In this document: positions 1-14,064 of the stretch, piece by piece | Numbering within the stretch: the first letter of the stretch is position 1 | Layout of the letters: each line of letters begins with the position of its first letter | DNA from: Anolis carolinensis | Taxonomy: Eukaryota | Direction: 5' to 3' | DNA: 64,000 nucleotides | NCBI RefSeq assembly: GCF_035594765.1 | Contig: NW_026943825.1 | Location: 8,981,802 to 9,045,801 of the forward strand | The notes under the pieces: generated by a model | The model's database searches: none | What the model saw: the letters and a program-made list of their open reading frames with translations, nothing else | Told to the model about the DNA's origin: nothing | Translations under genes and position numbers: made by a program

Positions 1-246
1 TTGTTGACCCTACTAGTTTACTAGTTTACTGTTTTTCTTTGACATACGGTAAATATTAAAAAACCTTTAACCTACTGATGCCTCAAAATAATTTCATTGG
101 GATCTATTTTCATTTTGAAATTTACCAGTAGCTGCTGCATTTTCCACCCTCGGCTTATACTCGAGTCAATAAGTTTCCCCAGTTTTTTGGGTAAAATTAG
201 GTGCCTTGGCTTATATTTGGGTCGGTTTATATTCGAGTATATAGGG

Positions 247-958
247 CAGGGGTCCTCAAACTTTTTAAGCAAAGCAAATCCTTCAGACTGTTGAGGGGCC
301 GAATTATCATTTGAAAAAGAAATACGAACCAATTCCTATGCACACTGCACATGTCTTATTTGTAGTGCAAAACAACAACAACAATGAGAGAACAATACAA
401 TATTTAAAAATGAAAACAATCTTAACCAACATAAACCTATCACGATTTCAATGGAAAGTATGGGCTTGCTACTGGCCAATGAGATATTCAAGTTAATTCG
501 GATTGTTGTTTGTTGTTGTTGTGTGCCTTCAAGTCATTTCAGAATTTGGGTCAGCCTAAGTCTAAAATTAATTATTTATTTACTTACTACATTTATTTAC
601 TACATTTATATCCCACCTTTCTTACCCTGAAGGGGACTCAGAGCAGCTGTATGCACATACAATATATTATATTATTAGCATAGCACAATATTAGCATTGT
701 ACATTACTATATTGAACTATACCACTATACTGTAATACTATATGTAATATATAACATATAATTAATATTATTATATGGTATTATTATTAGTATTATATTG
801 TATAACATTATAATATTTTTATCAATATTATATGTATATACAATATATTATATTGTTAAAACTGATATAAAAATGTATTATAAAACTGAGGGTGGGGGCC
901 AGGTAAATGACCTTGGGGGGCCACATCCGGCCCCCGGGCCTTAGTTTGGGGACCTCTG
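247..958. mobile_element. Non-autonomous hAT element
   Basis: TIRs CAGGGGTCCTCAAACT / AGTTTGGGGACCTCTG; 8-bp TSD ATATAGGG/ATATACGG; second copy at 59429-60133. Confidence 0.8.
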
Positions 959-1093
959 ATATACGGTAACCCCAAATCCTCACAATCTGCCTCTGCTACA
1001 ATCCACAACACGATGCCCTTCCCCGCCCCCCGCATCTGAAACTCCTCTCAATCTGTTGGACTACAACTCCCAGCGTGCTTTTAACCGACGTAC

Positions 1094-1253
1094 TTGAAGG
1101 CCTTGTACATGGGCCGGTACCAGCACAGGAAGGAGCAAGGGGTGAAGATCAAGGCCCAGAGGATGGAGAGGCCGAACCCGGAGCCGCCAGAAGTGTCCAC
1201 ACAGAACAAGGCCAGCGAGGCCAGGAAGTTGAAGAAGAGGGTCACGATGCTGG
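1094..1253 (-). CDS. SCAMP3: SCAMP3 coding exon 6 (transmembrane region); downstream exons lie beyond the left edge
   Basis: Translates [53 protein letters not shown], containing the SCAMP E-peptide CWYRP.YKAF; gcag acceptor and GTACGT donor; 160 bp, phase consistent with exon 5. Confidence 0.93.
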
Positions 1254-1379
1254 CTGCAACGCACATAGAGACACCAGGAGGGTTGCGTTATATTATGGAA
1301 GCATTTATAATTCTTATAATACTTATAAGTATTGCAGGAGCTTTAGGGTAGGAATCAGTGCCTATTTGTCTGTGCTTAC

Positions 1380-1508
1380 CCATCCAGAGGTAGTACATCG
1401 TGGTGACGGTTTTCTGCGATTCCACCGGGATCTCCACCGGGATGTCCTGATAGAAGCACGGCTTCACCGGGCAGAAGGAAGGCAGGGGTGGCCAATTGTT
1501 CGGCCTGG
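1380..1508 (-). CDS. SCAMP3: SCAMP3 coding exon 5
   Basis: [42 protein letters not shown] is the [18 protein letters not shown] signature; cgcag acceptor, GTAAGC donor; 129 bp. Confidence 0.95.
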
Positions 1509-2153
1509 CTGCGAGACGAAAACAGAGACAAAGTCAAGTAAACAGGCGACAACAAGGAGAGCGTTTTATGTTGAACTCTCGGACAAGCGGTGAGTACTGT
1601 ATATACTCGAGTATAAGCCCTTTTTTAGGACTGAAAAAGCCTCCCTCGGCTTATACTCGAGTGAGGGTCCTGGTCAGCTTATACTCAAGTATATATGGTA
1701 CATTTATTATTTTTTATATTTTATTGATATTATTACATTTATTATCTATACAAATAAAAGAGTGATGGAATCAGGGCAGCAGACAAAACAACAAAACTAC
1801 AGGCCCCCCAATCTCGAAATTTGACAACACAACCCATCATCCACGGCTCTAGGTTGATACAACAAAAAGAAAAGAAAAAATGAAGTCCTAATTAGAGGGA
1901 AAGGAATAATTGTTTTTATCCAATTGCTGCCAGTTAGAGGGCTAAGCTCCGCCCACTTGGTCTCCTAGCAACCTACTCAGCCCAGGGGACAGGCAAAGTT
2001 AGGCCTCAGGCCTCTTCCACACTGCCTATAAGATACATATTATCTGATTTTAATAGATTATATGGCAGTGTAGATTCAAGGCCCTTCCACACAACTATAT
2101 TACCCATTTATAATCTTACTAGCCGTGCCCGGCCACGCATTGCTCTATGCTTC

Positions 2154-2207
<54 letters not shown>

Positions 2208-3439
2208 CTTCATCATCATTATTATGTAGAGGCTGGATGGCCATCTGTCAGGAGTGCTTGGATTGTGTCCTCCTGCATGGTAGAAGGAATACCACCACTA
2301 TCTCAACAATTTCTCAACACCACCACCAGAAAACGCCACAGCAACGCGTGGCCGGGCACAGCTAGTTTTACTCTATTATTATTGTTACTATTACATTTAT
2401 TTTACTCTGTTTTTATTATTATTAATACATTTATTATTTCACTCTGATATTATTATTGTTATTACATTTATTATTGTACTCTATTTATTATTATTAAAAG
2501 GATACATAAGGGCATTTACATTGAAGAAAATGAGAATACAGTAGAGTCTCACTTATCCAAGGTAAACGGGCCAGCAGAAGCTTAGATAAGCGAATAACTT
2601 GGATAATAAGGAGGGATTAAGGAAAAGCCTATTAAACATCAAATTAGGTTATGATTTTACAAATTAAGCACCAAAACATCATGTTATACAACAAATTTGA
2701 CAGAAAAAGTAGTTCAATACGCAGTAATGTTATGTTGTAATTACTGTATTTAGAATTTAGCACCAAAATATCATGATATATTGAAAACATTGACTACAAA
2801 AATGGCTTGGATAATCCAGAAGCTTGGATAAGTGAGGCTTAGATACGTGAGACTCTACTGTAATCATTTAATCAGAGTTGGACAGTCTTATCTTAAATTA
2901 GAGTTTTATGTAAATATTCAAAAACATTTAACCTACTGATGCCTCGATTAATGTAATTTTATTGGTATCTATTTTTATTTCTGAAATTTAGTGCTCTAGG
3001 CTTATACTTGAGTCAATGTTTTCCCAATTTTCTTGTGGCAAAATTAGGTGCCTCGGCTTATATTTGGGTCGGCTTATACTCAAGTATATACGGTAATTTT
3101 CTCTATTGCAAAGTCCATGTAGGGCAGTGATTCACAACCTTCCTAAAGCCGCAACCTTTTAATCTGGTTCCTCGTGTTGTGGCGACCCCCAACCATCACA
3201 TTATTTTCGTTGCTCCTTCCTGTCATTTTGCTCTGGTTATGAATCATAATGTCAATATCTGATATGCAAAATGTATTTTCATTCACTGGACCAAATTTGG
3301 CACAAATACTCGATACGCCCAAATTTGAATACTGGTGGGATTTTGGAAGGGGATTGATTTTGCCATTTGGGAATTGTAGTTCCTGGGATTTATAGTTCTC
3401 CTACGCTCAAAGAGCATTCTGAACTCCATCGACGATCGA

Positions 3440-3442
<3 letters not shown>

Positions 3443-3490
<48 letters not shown>

Positions 3491-5272
3491 TTATTCTTGT
3501 ACCCCGCCCCATCTCCCCGAAGGGACTCAGGGCGGCTCACATGGGGTCTTGCCCAACATCACAATATAAAATCAAAACAAAAACACAAATTTACAACAAT
3601 AAATCAACAATATCAGTAAAACAATCGAAAAGGACAATCTTACAAGATAGAATGTTAAAACAGGTATATCAAACACAAGTCTGGGCCGAAAGGTAAATGT
3701 GTCAAATCGGGGGGAGATAGTTACATAATTGACATAGTCAATGAAGTACTATAAATGACAATAGTGACAATAAGAGGGCAGATCAGTGGGTCTATTATTA
3801 CGTAGGCAGGCATCTTAAACCAACAAAAGTCACTCATCAAAGGCTTTCCGGAAAAGCCAGGTTTTCAGATTCTTCCGGAAGGAGAGGAGGGTGGGGGCCA
3901 GCCTAATCTCCCTAGGGAGCAGGTTCCAAAGCTGGGGGGCCACGACAGAGAAGGCCCTCTCCCTCGTCCCCACCAACCGCGCCTGCGAGGGTGGTGGGAG
4001 CGAGAGGAGGGCCTCCCCCGACGAGCGAAGAGATCGTGCGGGTTCATAGGGGGAAATGCGGTCTCTAAGGTAGGCGGGTCCCAAACCGTTTAGGGCTTTG
4101 TAGGTAAGAACCTGCACCTTGAATTGGGCTCGGAAAGTAAGCGGCAGCCAGTGGAGCTCCTTAAACAGAGGCATTGAACGTGCCCTGTAATTTGCTCCAG
4201 TTAGAAACCTGGCTGCCGTGCGTTGAACTAATTGCAGTTTCCGGACTGTCTTCAAAGGCAGCCCCACGTAGAGCGCAATGCAATAGTCCAGTCTAGAGGT
4301 AACTAAGGCATGGACCACCATGGTCAGATCAGACTTCTCGAGGTATGGTCGCAGCTGGTGCACAAGTTTTAATTGTGCAAAGGCCCTCCCGGCCACGGCC
4401 GACACCTGAGCTTCAAGCGTCAGCCCCGAATCCAGGAGGACCCCCAAGCTGCGGACCTGCGCCTTCAGGGGGAGTGCGACCCCGTCAAGCACAGGTTGCC
4501 ACCCAATACCCCGATCGGACTTTCGACTGACTTGGAGGACCTCTGTCTTGTCAGGATTAAGTCTCAGCTTGTTCGCCCTCATCCAGGCCAACACAGCGGC
4601 CAGACACTGATCCAGTATCCGAGGGGCTTCCTTGGATTTAGGTGGAAAAGAGTAGTAAAGTTGGGTGTCATCCGCGTAGAGATGGCACCGAACTCCAAAA
4701 CCCCGGATGACCTCGCCCAGTGGTTTCATGTAGATATTGAAAAGCATGGGGGACAGAATAGAACCTTGCAGGACCCCACAGGACAATGGCCAGGGGTCCG
4801 AGCAGGTGTCCCCCAGCTTCACCATCTGGGAACGCCCCTCCAGGAAGGACTGAAGCCACTGCAAAACAGCACCCCCAAGGCCCATCCCAGAGAGACGTCC
4901 CAGAAGGATACCATGGTCAATGGTATCGAAAGCCGCTGAGATATCCAAGAGAACCAGCAGGGTCACACTCCCCCTGTCCAGCTCTCTGCAGAGGTCATCC
5001 ACCAAGGCGACCAAAGCCGTCTCGGTACTGAACCCAGGCCTGAAGCCAGACTGTGATTGGTCCAGAAAATCCGTATCATCCAAGAATCCCTGGAGCTGAG
5101 AGACAACCACCCGCTCCAAGACCTTGCCCAAAAATGGAAGGTTGGAGATTGGTCTGTAGTTATGCAAGTTGGTCGAATCTAGGGAGGCCTTCTTTAAGAT
5201 AGGTCTCACCACCGCCTGTTTTAGATTAGATGGAAATCTACCCTGCTCCAAAGAGGCATTAATTATTCTCAC
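3443..5272 (-). mobile_element. 5'-truncated L2-clade LINE (RT ORF 3830-5272) with (TTA)n tail, inserted in an older hAT-type repeat
   Basis: RT motifs [24 protein letters not shown] and L2-type LHWLP C-terminus; the host repeat resumes on both sides. Confidence 0.88.
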
Positions 5273-5836
5273 AATTGAACCAAACGTGGCACGAAGAAGT
5301 CACATGACCAACAGAAAATATGGAAAGAGTTTGGTGGGCATTGAAATTTGAGTTTGGGAATTGTAGTTCACCTAGATCCAGAGAGCACCGTGAACTCCAA
5401 AGAATGATGGATCTGGATCACACTTGACACCAAAACTCAATCTGCCCAAATGTGAGCACTGATGGAGTTTGGGGAAAATAGACCTTGACATTTGGGAGTT
5501 GTCGTTGCTGGGATTTATAGTTCACCTACAATCAAAGAGCATTCTGAACTCTCACCAATGATGGAATTGAACCAAATTTGGCACGAAGAAGTCACATGGC
5601 CAACAGAAAATACTGGTCTTTGGCGACCCCTTTGACACCCCCCTTCTGACCCCCCCCCCGGGGAAAGCTGCTGTAGGGCTTGTGTTTCTTTGTAATTTTC
5701 ATGGAGCAATTCTATTTCTTTAGTTCGAAGATGCACGATTACAGACACTTTTTGTCCTTTTCGTTGTGTTTTTAAGGTCTCTGTAAAGCCACGCAATAAA
5801 CCCTGGGAGCAATAGATGTGGCCTTGGCTGCTGTAC

Positions 5837-5957
5837 CTGCTCCGCCGGCCAAAGCGGCATTCTGGAGTTCTCGCTCCCGGCGGTCCAACTCCTCCGCTTT
5901 GCGGTTCAGCTCTTCCTGACGCTTCAAGAGTTCGGCCGTGGCGGCCGCGGCCGAGTC
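5837..5957 (-). CDS. SCAMP3: SCAMP3 coding exon 4 (coiled coil)
   Basis: [40 protein letters not shown]; tatcag acceptor, GTACAG donor; 121 bp. Confidence 0.93.
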
Positions 5958-6680
5958 CTGATAGGAGACAGAGGGCAGGAGCAACCAAAGGCAATACAGG
6001 TGAAAGAGTAATAATAATAATAATAATAATAATAATATCATAAACACCTGGGCCATACCTGTTCTAAGGTATACTGCTGGCATCATAAATTGGACCAGTA
6101 AATTCCCCGCTTGTGCCCTCAGCTCTTCCCCCTTCTCCCTTCCTGCAGCATAGCCATAACACTGCGCTGCCAGCCACGCCCCCATTGTTGAAAACAGAGG
6201 AGAGAGGCGGCAAATTTACTGGTGCAGTACTTTTCAAACTCATTTATCTATAAGAAATGTGGCTAAATTTAAATGGGGATTACATGAGATTGTAGTTTTG
6301 GAATGTGTCTTTCAGCTGCATATGGTAAATGATTTATCCTATTCTTTGTTCTTTTTAAAATCCAAAACGTAGCCTACTTTCTGGATAGCCCTTGTATAAC
6401 ATTGTAACGAGCCCCTATATAGATGGGCTATAGAGTAGGCTTTGGTATTCCGAACAATAAAAGCTGTATGGCAATCTACCTCATTGTGTGTCTTGGTGTA
6501 TTCTTCCGGAGAAGATTAATCCACAGCACAACTGGAGACGAGAACCTTACAGAGTCCTTCTCTGTCTGGATGGCCATTTGTTGGGAGGGCTTTGATGGTG
6601 TATTCCCACATGACAGGGGGTTTGACTGGATGGCCCTTGGGGTGCCCTCCAACTCTATGATTTTGTATTACTCCTGTTAC

Positions 6681-6815
6681 CTGAGTGCCGTAAGAGCCAT
6701 AGTTTCTGGGCTCCGTGGGGCTCAGCTTCTTGGCTGGTGGCAACGCAGGGGCTGCTGGCGTCACGGGAAGAACTGTTGGAGCCGAGGCCGGGGGCTCGTA
6801 CGGAGGGGCGGGCTG
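6681..6815 (-). CDS. SCAMP3: SCAMP3 coding exon 3 (proline-rich); NAGNAG acceptor allows start at 6815 or 6812
   Basis: QPAPPYEPP...KKLSPTEPRNYGSYGTQ matches the SCAMP3-specific LSPTEPKNYGSY; tttgCAGCAG acceptor, GTAACA donor. Confidence 0.9.
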
Positions 6816-6894
6816 CTGCAAAGGGATTGGAGGAGACATCTTTACCATTACAGTAGAGTCCCACTTATCCACCGTTCTAGATTATCCAACACAT

Positions 6895-8295
6895 TTTTTT
6901 AAAAAATAAATTTATTAGAGGTTTTCAAACTACTTGTACATTGAAAGAGGGGGAACAATATTTATAGGAAAGTTTGGAAAAAATAAGTGAAAATCCAAAG
7001 AAAAATGAAAAAGATAAAAAAGAGGAGAGAAAGAAGGAAAGAGAGAGAAAGAAAAAAAATATTATCTATCTATATATATAAAAGAGTGATAGCATCAGGG
7101 CAGCGGACAAAACCACAAAACTACAGGGCCCCCAAACTCAAAATTTGACAACACAACCCATCTTTCACGGCTCTAGGTTGATACAACAAAAAAGAAAAGA
7201 AAAATAAAGTCCTAATTACAGGGAGAGGAATAATTGTTTTTATCCAATTGCTGCCAGTTTGAAGACTCTCCCAGTGGAACTCTCTCCCCCGGGCTGTGGT
7301 GGAGGCTCCTTCCTTGGAGGCTTTTAAGCAGAGGCTGGATGGCCATCTGTCGGGGGTGCTTTGAATGCGATTTCCTGCTTCTTGGCAGGGGGTTGGACTG
7401 GATGGCCCATGAGGTCTCTTCCAACTCTACTATTTTATGATTCTATGATTCTATGATTCTATGACTAAGCTCTGCCCACTTGGTCTCCTAGCAACCTCCT
7501 CAGCCCAGGGGACAGGCACAGTTAGGCCTCACTTAGGCCTCTTCCACAGATTATCAGATTTTAACTGGATTATATGGCAGTGTAGACTCAAGGCCCTTCC
7601 ACACAGCTATATAACCCATTTAGAATCTTATATTATCTGCTTTGAACTGGATTATCTTGACTCCACACTGCCATATAATCCACTTCAGTGTGCATACTAA
7701 ACATAAAGACAACCATACAACAGACATTCAATACCACCACTACATCAACCATTTCTCACCAACACCACCAGACAACGCCACAGAAATGCGTGACCGGGCA
7801 CAGCTAGTATACAACAACAACTCTTTATTGATTAGTCAGTTTTGACCATATCAAAACATATTATATATAATATAAATACATTTTTGAACTTCCATTCAGC
7901 CCTTGTTCCTGTTCAAGTTTCTTTTGATCTGCTTCTTTTATATTCTCTCCCGTTTAAAAAAATCTTTTTGCCGATCTGTTCTTCAAGGATTGTACTTTAA
8001 ATTCATATACTCTTCGAATACCGACCAATCAGTCTTCTTTACACCCTTTGCCAGTGTTTTTTTTTCAAATAGTATGTTAGCTGGTCCATATCTTTTATCT
8101 CCCATACTTTTTTTTAACCAGTCTTCTCTATCTGGTATCTTCTCCAACTTCCACATCCTTGCTGCCGTTGACAGAAATATGATTAATTTTTCTTTATTAA
8201 TATCCTGAAAAATGTCTTTGTCCAGAATGCCCAAAAGGTAAGTCTCTGGTTTCATTAAGTAGTTCATCTTTAAAATTTTCTGACTTTCGCCATGC
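6895..8295 (-). mobile_element. Degenerate L1-like 3' fragment inserted in a MITE, itself interrupted by a Helitron and a CR1 tail
   Basis: ORF2-like C-terminus (PETYLLG...TAAR..WK...P..EDW) at 7983-8290, A-rich tail near 6895; the MITE resumes at about 8296. Confidence 0.55.
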
Positions 8296-9441
8296 ACCAA
8301 CGCATTTTGGTAGTCAATGTTTTCAATACAGTAATAATAATAGAGTAAAATAATAAATGCAATAATAATAACAATAAGATCAGAGTGAAATAATAAATGT
8401 ATTATTAATAATAATAAAAATAGAGTAAAATAAATGTAATAGTAGCAACAATAACAGAGAAAAATAATAAATGTAATCATACCAATAATAATAGAGAAAA
8501 ATAATAAATGTACCATATATTCTTGAGTATAAACTGACCCAAATATAAGCCAACCAGGACCCTCACTCGAGTATAAGCTGAGGGGGGCTTTTTCAGTCTT
8601 AAAAAAAGGGCTGAAAAACTAGGCTTATACTCGAGTATATACAGTAATTCAACATTTTCCAACTTCCAGAGATTATGCTCGATTCCGGCCACAAGGGGAG
8701 CTGTTGCTTCATCCACTATGATTGTAGTACTTCCTCCTTGCTCTTTGATCGCTGACATTTTTACGGTGTTGTAAATTAAATTAACCTCTCCCGCATTAAG
8801 CAGTCCCTAATTTCTCTATTCACAGCTGCGGCTGTTTTCGAACTGCTTAGGTGGACAGTAAGCTAGGTTATTAAACAGTCGGGAGCTCAATCCGATGCAG
8901 GCTTCGAACTTGCCACCTTGAGGTCGGCAGTGATCTATTGCTGCTGGCGGTTAACCAGCTCCGCCACAGCCTGGTAAACAACTTATTTGCAATTAAAGCA
9001 ATTAAAAAAGCAATTAAAAACATGGCTGTTCCATTGTGCTTTTGAGTAGACAAGTCTGTTATAACCTGGCCCATATCCACATTGCCCTGTCACTTTACAG
9101 TTATCTTCCCTGCTTGTTGTGTCTATTTGATGTATTGTTCTATTCTGTAATAGACACTCCCTTCATCAATTTTGACTGTCGCCCAGACTGTTGTCCTATA
9201 TTGGACCTTTTAACGCCTTGGATGATTGTTTAATATTTTAATTATGTCTATTTTAAATCATGACTCGTTTAATTTGTTTTTAAATGCATTCTTTGATGTC
9301 TCAACTGTTGATTTTATGATATTATATGATTGTATTGGGCTTGCCCCCGTGTGAGCCGCTCCGAGAACCCATTGGGGAGATGGATACAAAATAACAAAAA
9401 TAAAAAAATAAAATAACAAAATAAAATTATTAAATTATTAA

Positions 9442-9482
<41 letters not shown>

Positions 9483-10297
9483 AGTAGAGTCTCACTTATC
9501 CAAGCCTCGCTTATCCAAGGTTCTGGATTATCCAAGCCATTTTTGTAGTCAATGTTTTCAATACATCGTGATATTTTGGTGCTAAATTAGTCAATACAGT
9601 AATTACAACATAACATTACTGCGGCCCGGGCTGTGGCGCAGGCGGGAGAGCAAGCCAGCTGCAATTAACTGCAATGAATCACTCTGACCGGGAGGTCATG
9701 AGTTCGAAGCCGCTCGGAGCCTATGTTTGTTTGTCTTTGTTCTATGTTAAAAGGCATTGAATGTTTGCCTATAATGTGATCCGCCCTGAATCCCCTTCGG
9801 GGTGAGAAGGGCGGAATATAAATGCTGCAAATAAATAAATAAATAAATATTGAACTGCTTTTTCTGTCAAATTTGTTGTATAACATGATGTTTTGGTGTT
9901 TAATTTGTAAAATCATAACCTAATTTGAGGTTTAATAGGCTTTTCCTTAATCCCTCCTTATTATGCAATATATTTGCTTATCCAAGGTTCTGCTGGCCCA
10001 TTTAGCTTGGATAAGTGAGACTCTACTGTATTATTTTTCAAGGAGCAATGTGGGCAAATCACATTTGCAGCAGATCCCAAACTGGGAAGGACAGCCAATA
10101 TCCCAGAGAATTATATGGGGATGTTGTGGACCACAGGTTGAACATGAGCCAACTGTGTGATGTGGCAGCGAAGTAGACCAATGCGATTCTAGGGTGCATC
10201 AATAGGAAGCAGGATTGTTGTCTGTTGCTCGAGAGCAGTGGTTCTCAACCTGTGGGTCCTCAGGTGTTTTGGCCTACAACTCCCAGAACACACTTAC

Positions 10298-10375
10298 CCC
10301 GGGTTTGTCGAACGGATTGTAGACGTCCAGCGTGGCATATTCCGAAGTGGGCCTGTGCTGGATGACGGCAGGGTC
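10298..10375 (-). CDS. SCAMP3: SCAMP3 coding exon 2
   Basis: [26 protein letters not shown] (NPF motif); gttag acceptor, GTAAGT donor; 78 bp, phase 0/0. Confidence 0.95.
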
Positions 10376-10946
10376 CTAACGAAAAAAGGAATCGAAACTT
10401 GAGAATCATCGCAGGAAGCCAGGCTCCAAGCGCTAAGTCATCGCTCTCCGAAAAATTATCCGTGCCGAAGGAAAGAAAGTGGCCATTACTCAGCCAAGGC
10501 TGGGTTTCTAATACTCCCAAGACACAGATATTTTGGCATGTAGTTGCATGATATGTGTGGGCAGACAATAGCAGACCGCAACAGAGAGGTTTCCCTTTAT
10601 CTCCTAGGAAGATAACGCAGCCCCGGAGGGCAAACATTACGCAAAGGCCGGTTGAGAGCAAGGAGAGGGGAGTAAACATTGCATTGGACAGCCGTTCTCC
10701 AAACACTGGGCACGGCTCCAAAGGGGGAAGGAGAGCAGATAATATGCCCAGAAGGCTAATTTAGGAAATACAGAAATTGTAGTGTCCGTCTAGTCCAACC
10801 ACCTTTTGCCACCATCAAAGCCCTCCCAACAGATGGCCATACAACCTCTGCTTTAAAGCTTCATGGTTCTTCCTTTGCATGGACGGGTGCCAAACCCAGT
10901 GTCATCATATCTTCTGTTATTATTTCCCTCAACCGTATTGGGTGAT

Positions 10947-10989
<43 letters not shown>

Positions 10990-10992
<3 letters not shown>

Positions 10993-11336
10993 AACACAAC
11001 AGACATCACAGTTGTGGAATAGAAAAAGGTTTGGATCATTGATGTCGCCATCCCAGGTGACAGTCGCATGTGACGAAAAACAACAGGAAAAACTCAGGAC
11101 CTCAAGATTGAACTTCAAAGCCTCTGGCAGAAACCAGTGCACGTGGTCCCGGTGGTGATCAGCACATTGGGTGCCGTGCCAAAAGATCTCAGCCGGCATT
11201 TGGAAACAATAGGCATTGACAAAATTACGATCTGCCAACTGCAAAAGGCCACCCGACTGGGATCTGCGCGCATCATCCAAAAATACATCACACAGTCCTA
11301 GACACTTGGGAAGTGTATCTTGTTTGCTCTGTCATA

Positions 11337-11392
<56 letters not shown>

Positions 11393-12499
11393 GCTGATAC
11401 ATCACACAGTCCTAGACACTTGGGAAGTGTCCGATGTGTGATCCAATACAACAGCCAGCAGAGTGTCTGTTGTGGACTCATCTTGTTGTGTTTCAAATAA
11501 TAGGGTCAGAAAAATTCTCAAAAGCAAGCTCAATGGAGGCAACACCATCAAGTCCATAAACACCTGGGCCGTACCTGTCATAAGATATACTGCTGGCATC
11601 ATAAACTGGACACAGATGGAACTGGACAGAAAAACAAGAAAACTCATGACCATTCATCATTCACTGCACCCTCGCAGTGATGTTGACCGGCTATATCTGC
11701 CTAGAAGATCAGGGGGCAGAGGACTCTTACAAGTCAAACAAGCAGTCAAAGAAGAAGAACATGCCCTGGCAGAATATGGAAAGCAAAGTGAAGAACCTGC
11801 TTTGATTGAAGTCAGAAATCAGAAACTCCTCAAAGCACAGCAGACAAAGAATCAGTACAAGAAAACCGCACTACAAACTAGAGCTGACAGCTGGCACAAC
11901 AAAACATTGCATGGAAAGTTCCTTGACAAAATTGAAGGAAAAGCTGATAAAGAGAAGACCTGGCTCTGGCTCACGAATGGGACCCTGAAGAAGGAGACAG
12001 AAGGCCTGATCCTTGCAGCCCAGGAGCAAGACATCAGGACAAAGGCCATTCAGGCCAAGATCGAAAAATCAGCTGATGACCCAAAATGCAAACTGTGCAA
12101 GGAAACCGACGAAACCATTTATCATCTCTTCAGCTGCTGTAAGAAAATCACACAGACAGACTACAAACAGAGGCACAACTACGTGGCCCAAATGATTCAT
12201 TGGAACTTATGCCTCATGTACCACCTCCCAGCAGCAAAGAACTGGTGGGATCACAAACCTGCAAAAGTATTGGAGAATGAGCACGCAAAGATACTGTGGG
12301 ACTTCCGAATCCAGACTGACAAAGTTCTGGAACACAACACACCAGACATCACAGTTGTGGAAAAGAACAAGGTTTGGATCATTGATGTTGCCATCCCAGG
12401 TGACAGTCGCATTGACGAAAAACAGCAGGAAAAACTCAGCCGCTATCATGACCTCAAGATTGAACTGCAAAGACTCTGGCAGAAACCAGTGCAGGTGGT
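10990..12499 (+). mobile_element. R4-clade (Dong/Rex6-like) non-LTR retrotransposon fragments in tandem within (TAA)n
   Basis: ORF 11463-12524 has CCHC (CKLC..ETIYHLFSCC), RHN and PD..D restriction-like endonuclease motifs; further 3' fragments at 10990-11320 and 11397-11498. Confidence 0.8.
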
Positions 12500-13770
12500 T
12501 TGGATAATCCAGAACCTTAGATAAGCGCATCTTGGATAAGTGAGACTCTACTGTATTATGATTATTACATTATTATATTATTATACTATATTATTATTTA
12601 ATATAGTTATAATAATATAATGTAGTAATAAGATAATAATATAACGTTATTCATAATATGTTTCTATATTCTTATATATTATCTTATGATTATTACAATA
12701 TTATTATATTTACAATATTATTATTATAGTGTTATTATACTATTATTATTATTATACTATTTTATATTGATTAGCATTGAATAGCCTTGCAGCTCCTGCC
12801 TGTGGGGAATCCTTTATTGGGAGGTGTTAGCTGGCCGTTATTGTTTATACAGTAGGGTCTCACTTATCCAACACTCGCTTATCCAACGTTCTGGATTATC
12901 CAACGCATTTTTGTATTTATTTATTTACAGTATTTATATTCCGCCCTTCTCAGTATTTACAGTATTTATATTCCGCCCTTTTTGTAGTCAACGTTTTCAA
13001 TACATCGTGATATTTTGGTGCTAAATTCATAAATAGAGTAATTACTACATAGCATTACTGTGTATTGAACTACTTTTTCTGTCAAATTTGTTGTATAACA
13101 TGATGTTTTGGTGTTTAATTTGTAAAATCATAATCTAATTTGATGTTTAATAGGCCTTTCCTTAATCTCTCCTTATTATCCAACATATTTGCTTATCCAA
13201 CATTCTGCCAGCCCGTTTACGTTGGATAAGCGAGACTCTACTGTATTTACAATATTATTATTATTATGTTATTTTATATTTTTGCTATTTTTATATTATG
13301 CTATTTTATATTGATTAGCATTGAATAGCCTTGCAGCTCCTGCCTGTGGGGAATCCTTTATTGGGATTCTGGATGAATGGATTCTAATCTTGGACATACT
13401 TAAAATTTTATATAATGTGATTTTATTTTGCAATGGTATCTGTTTGATATGAATTGTTGTTTTGTAGATTTTTTTATATGAATTGTTGTTTTTACAGTGT
13501 TTTTAGGCATTGAATTTTTGCCTATTTATTGTAAGCCGCTTCGAGTCCCCTCGGGGAGAAAGGTGGGGTAAAAGTGATGTAAATAAATAAATAAATAAAT
13601 AAATTGGGAGGTGTTAGCTGGCCCTGATTGTTTATATAATGTAGTTCAGTGTACTTCAGCTTGTGGTTCTGCTAAGGCTCTTAAATCCCTGTTTCCAAGC
13701 TAGGCCTCACCCATCCATCTTTCATATGCATTTCCATTGGAACCCTCTTGTTGTTGTGCCTCTCTAGTGC

Positions 13771-13814
<44 letters not shown>

Positions 13815-14007
13815 TCCCCGCTGGGAACCCTGGGATTTGGAGTCCAGGGCGGGGCCCGGGGCCTCCTGAGCCAGGCACTTCTAGGCCTCCCTTGGACTAC
13901 AACTCCCAGAATCCCGTGGAATCACAGACTCACTCGGCAGGAAGTGAGTTCGCAAGAGTCCCGGGCCCCATCTACACTGCCAGATAGATGTCTAATGCGG
14001 TTCTGAC

Positions 14008-14064
14008 CTGGAAGGGGTTTCCGGGGTCTCCCTCGAAGGGGTTTCCCTCTCCGCTCCGGGCCAT
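14008..14064 (-). CDS. SCAMP3: SCAMP3 coding exon 1
   Basis: ATG at 14064; MARSGEGNPFEGDPGNPFQ with two NPF motifs; CAG|GTCAGA donor; GC-rich context. Confidence 0.92.

Noticed and set aside
2147-2365. Poly-Leu/Ile/Tyr short ORFs here and elsewhere that resemble signal peptides
   Set aside because: Translations of (TTA/TAA)n microsatellites and AT-rich MITE interiors
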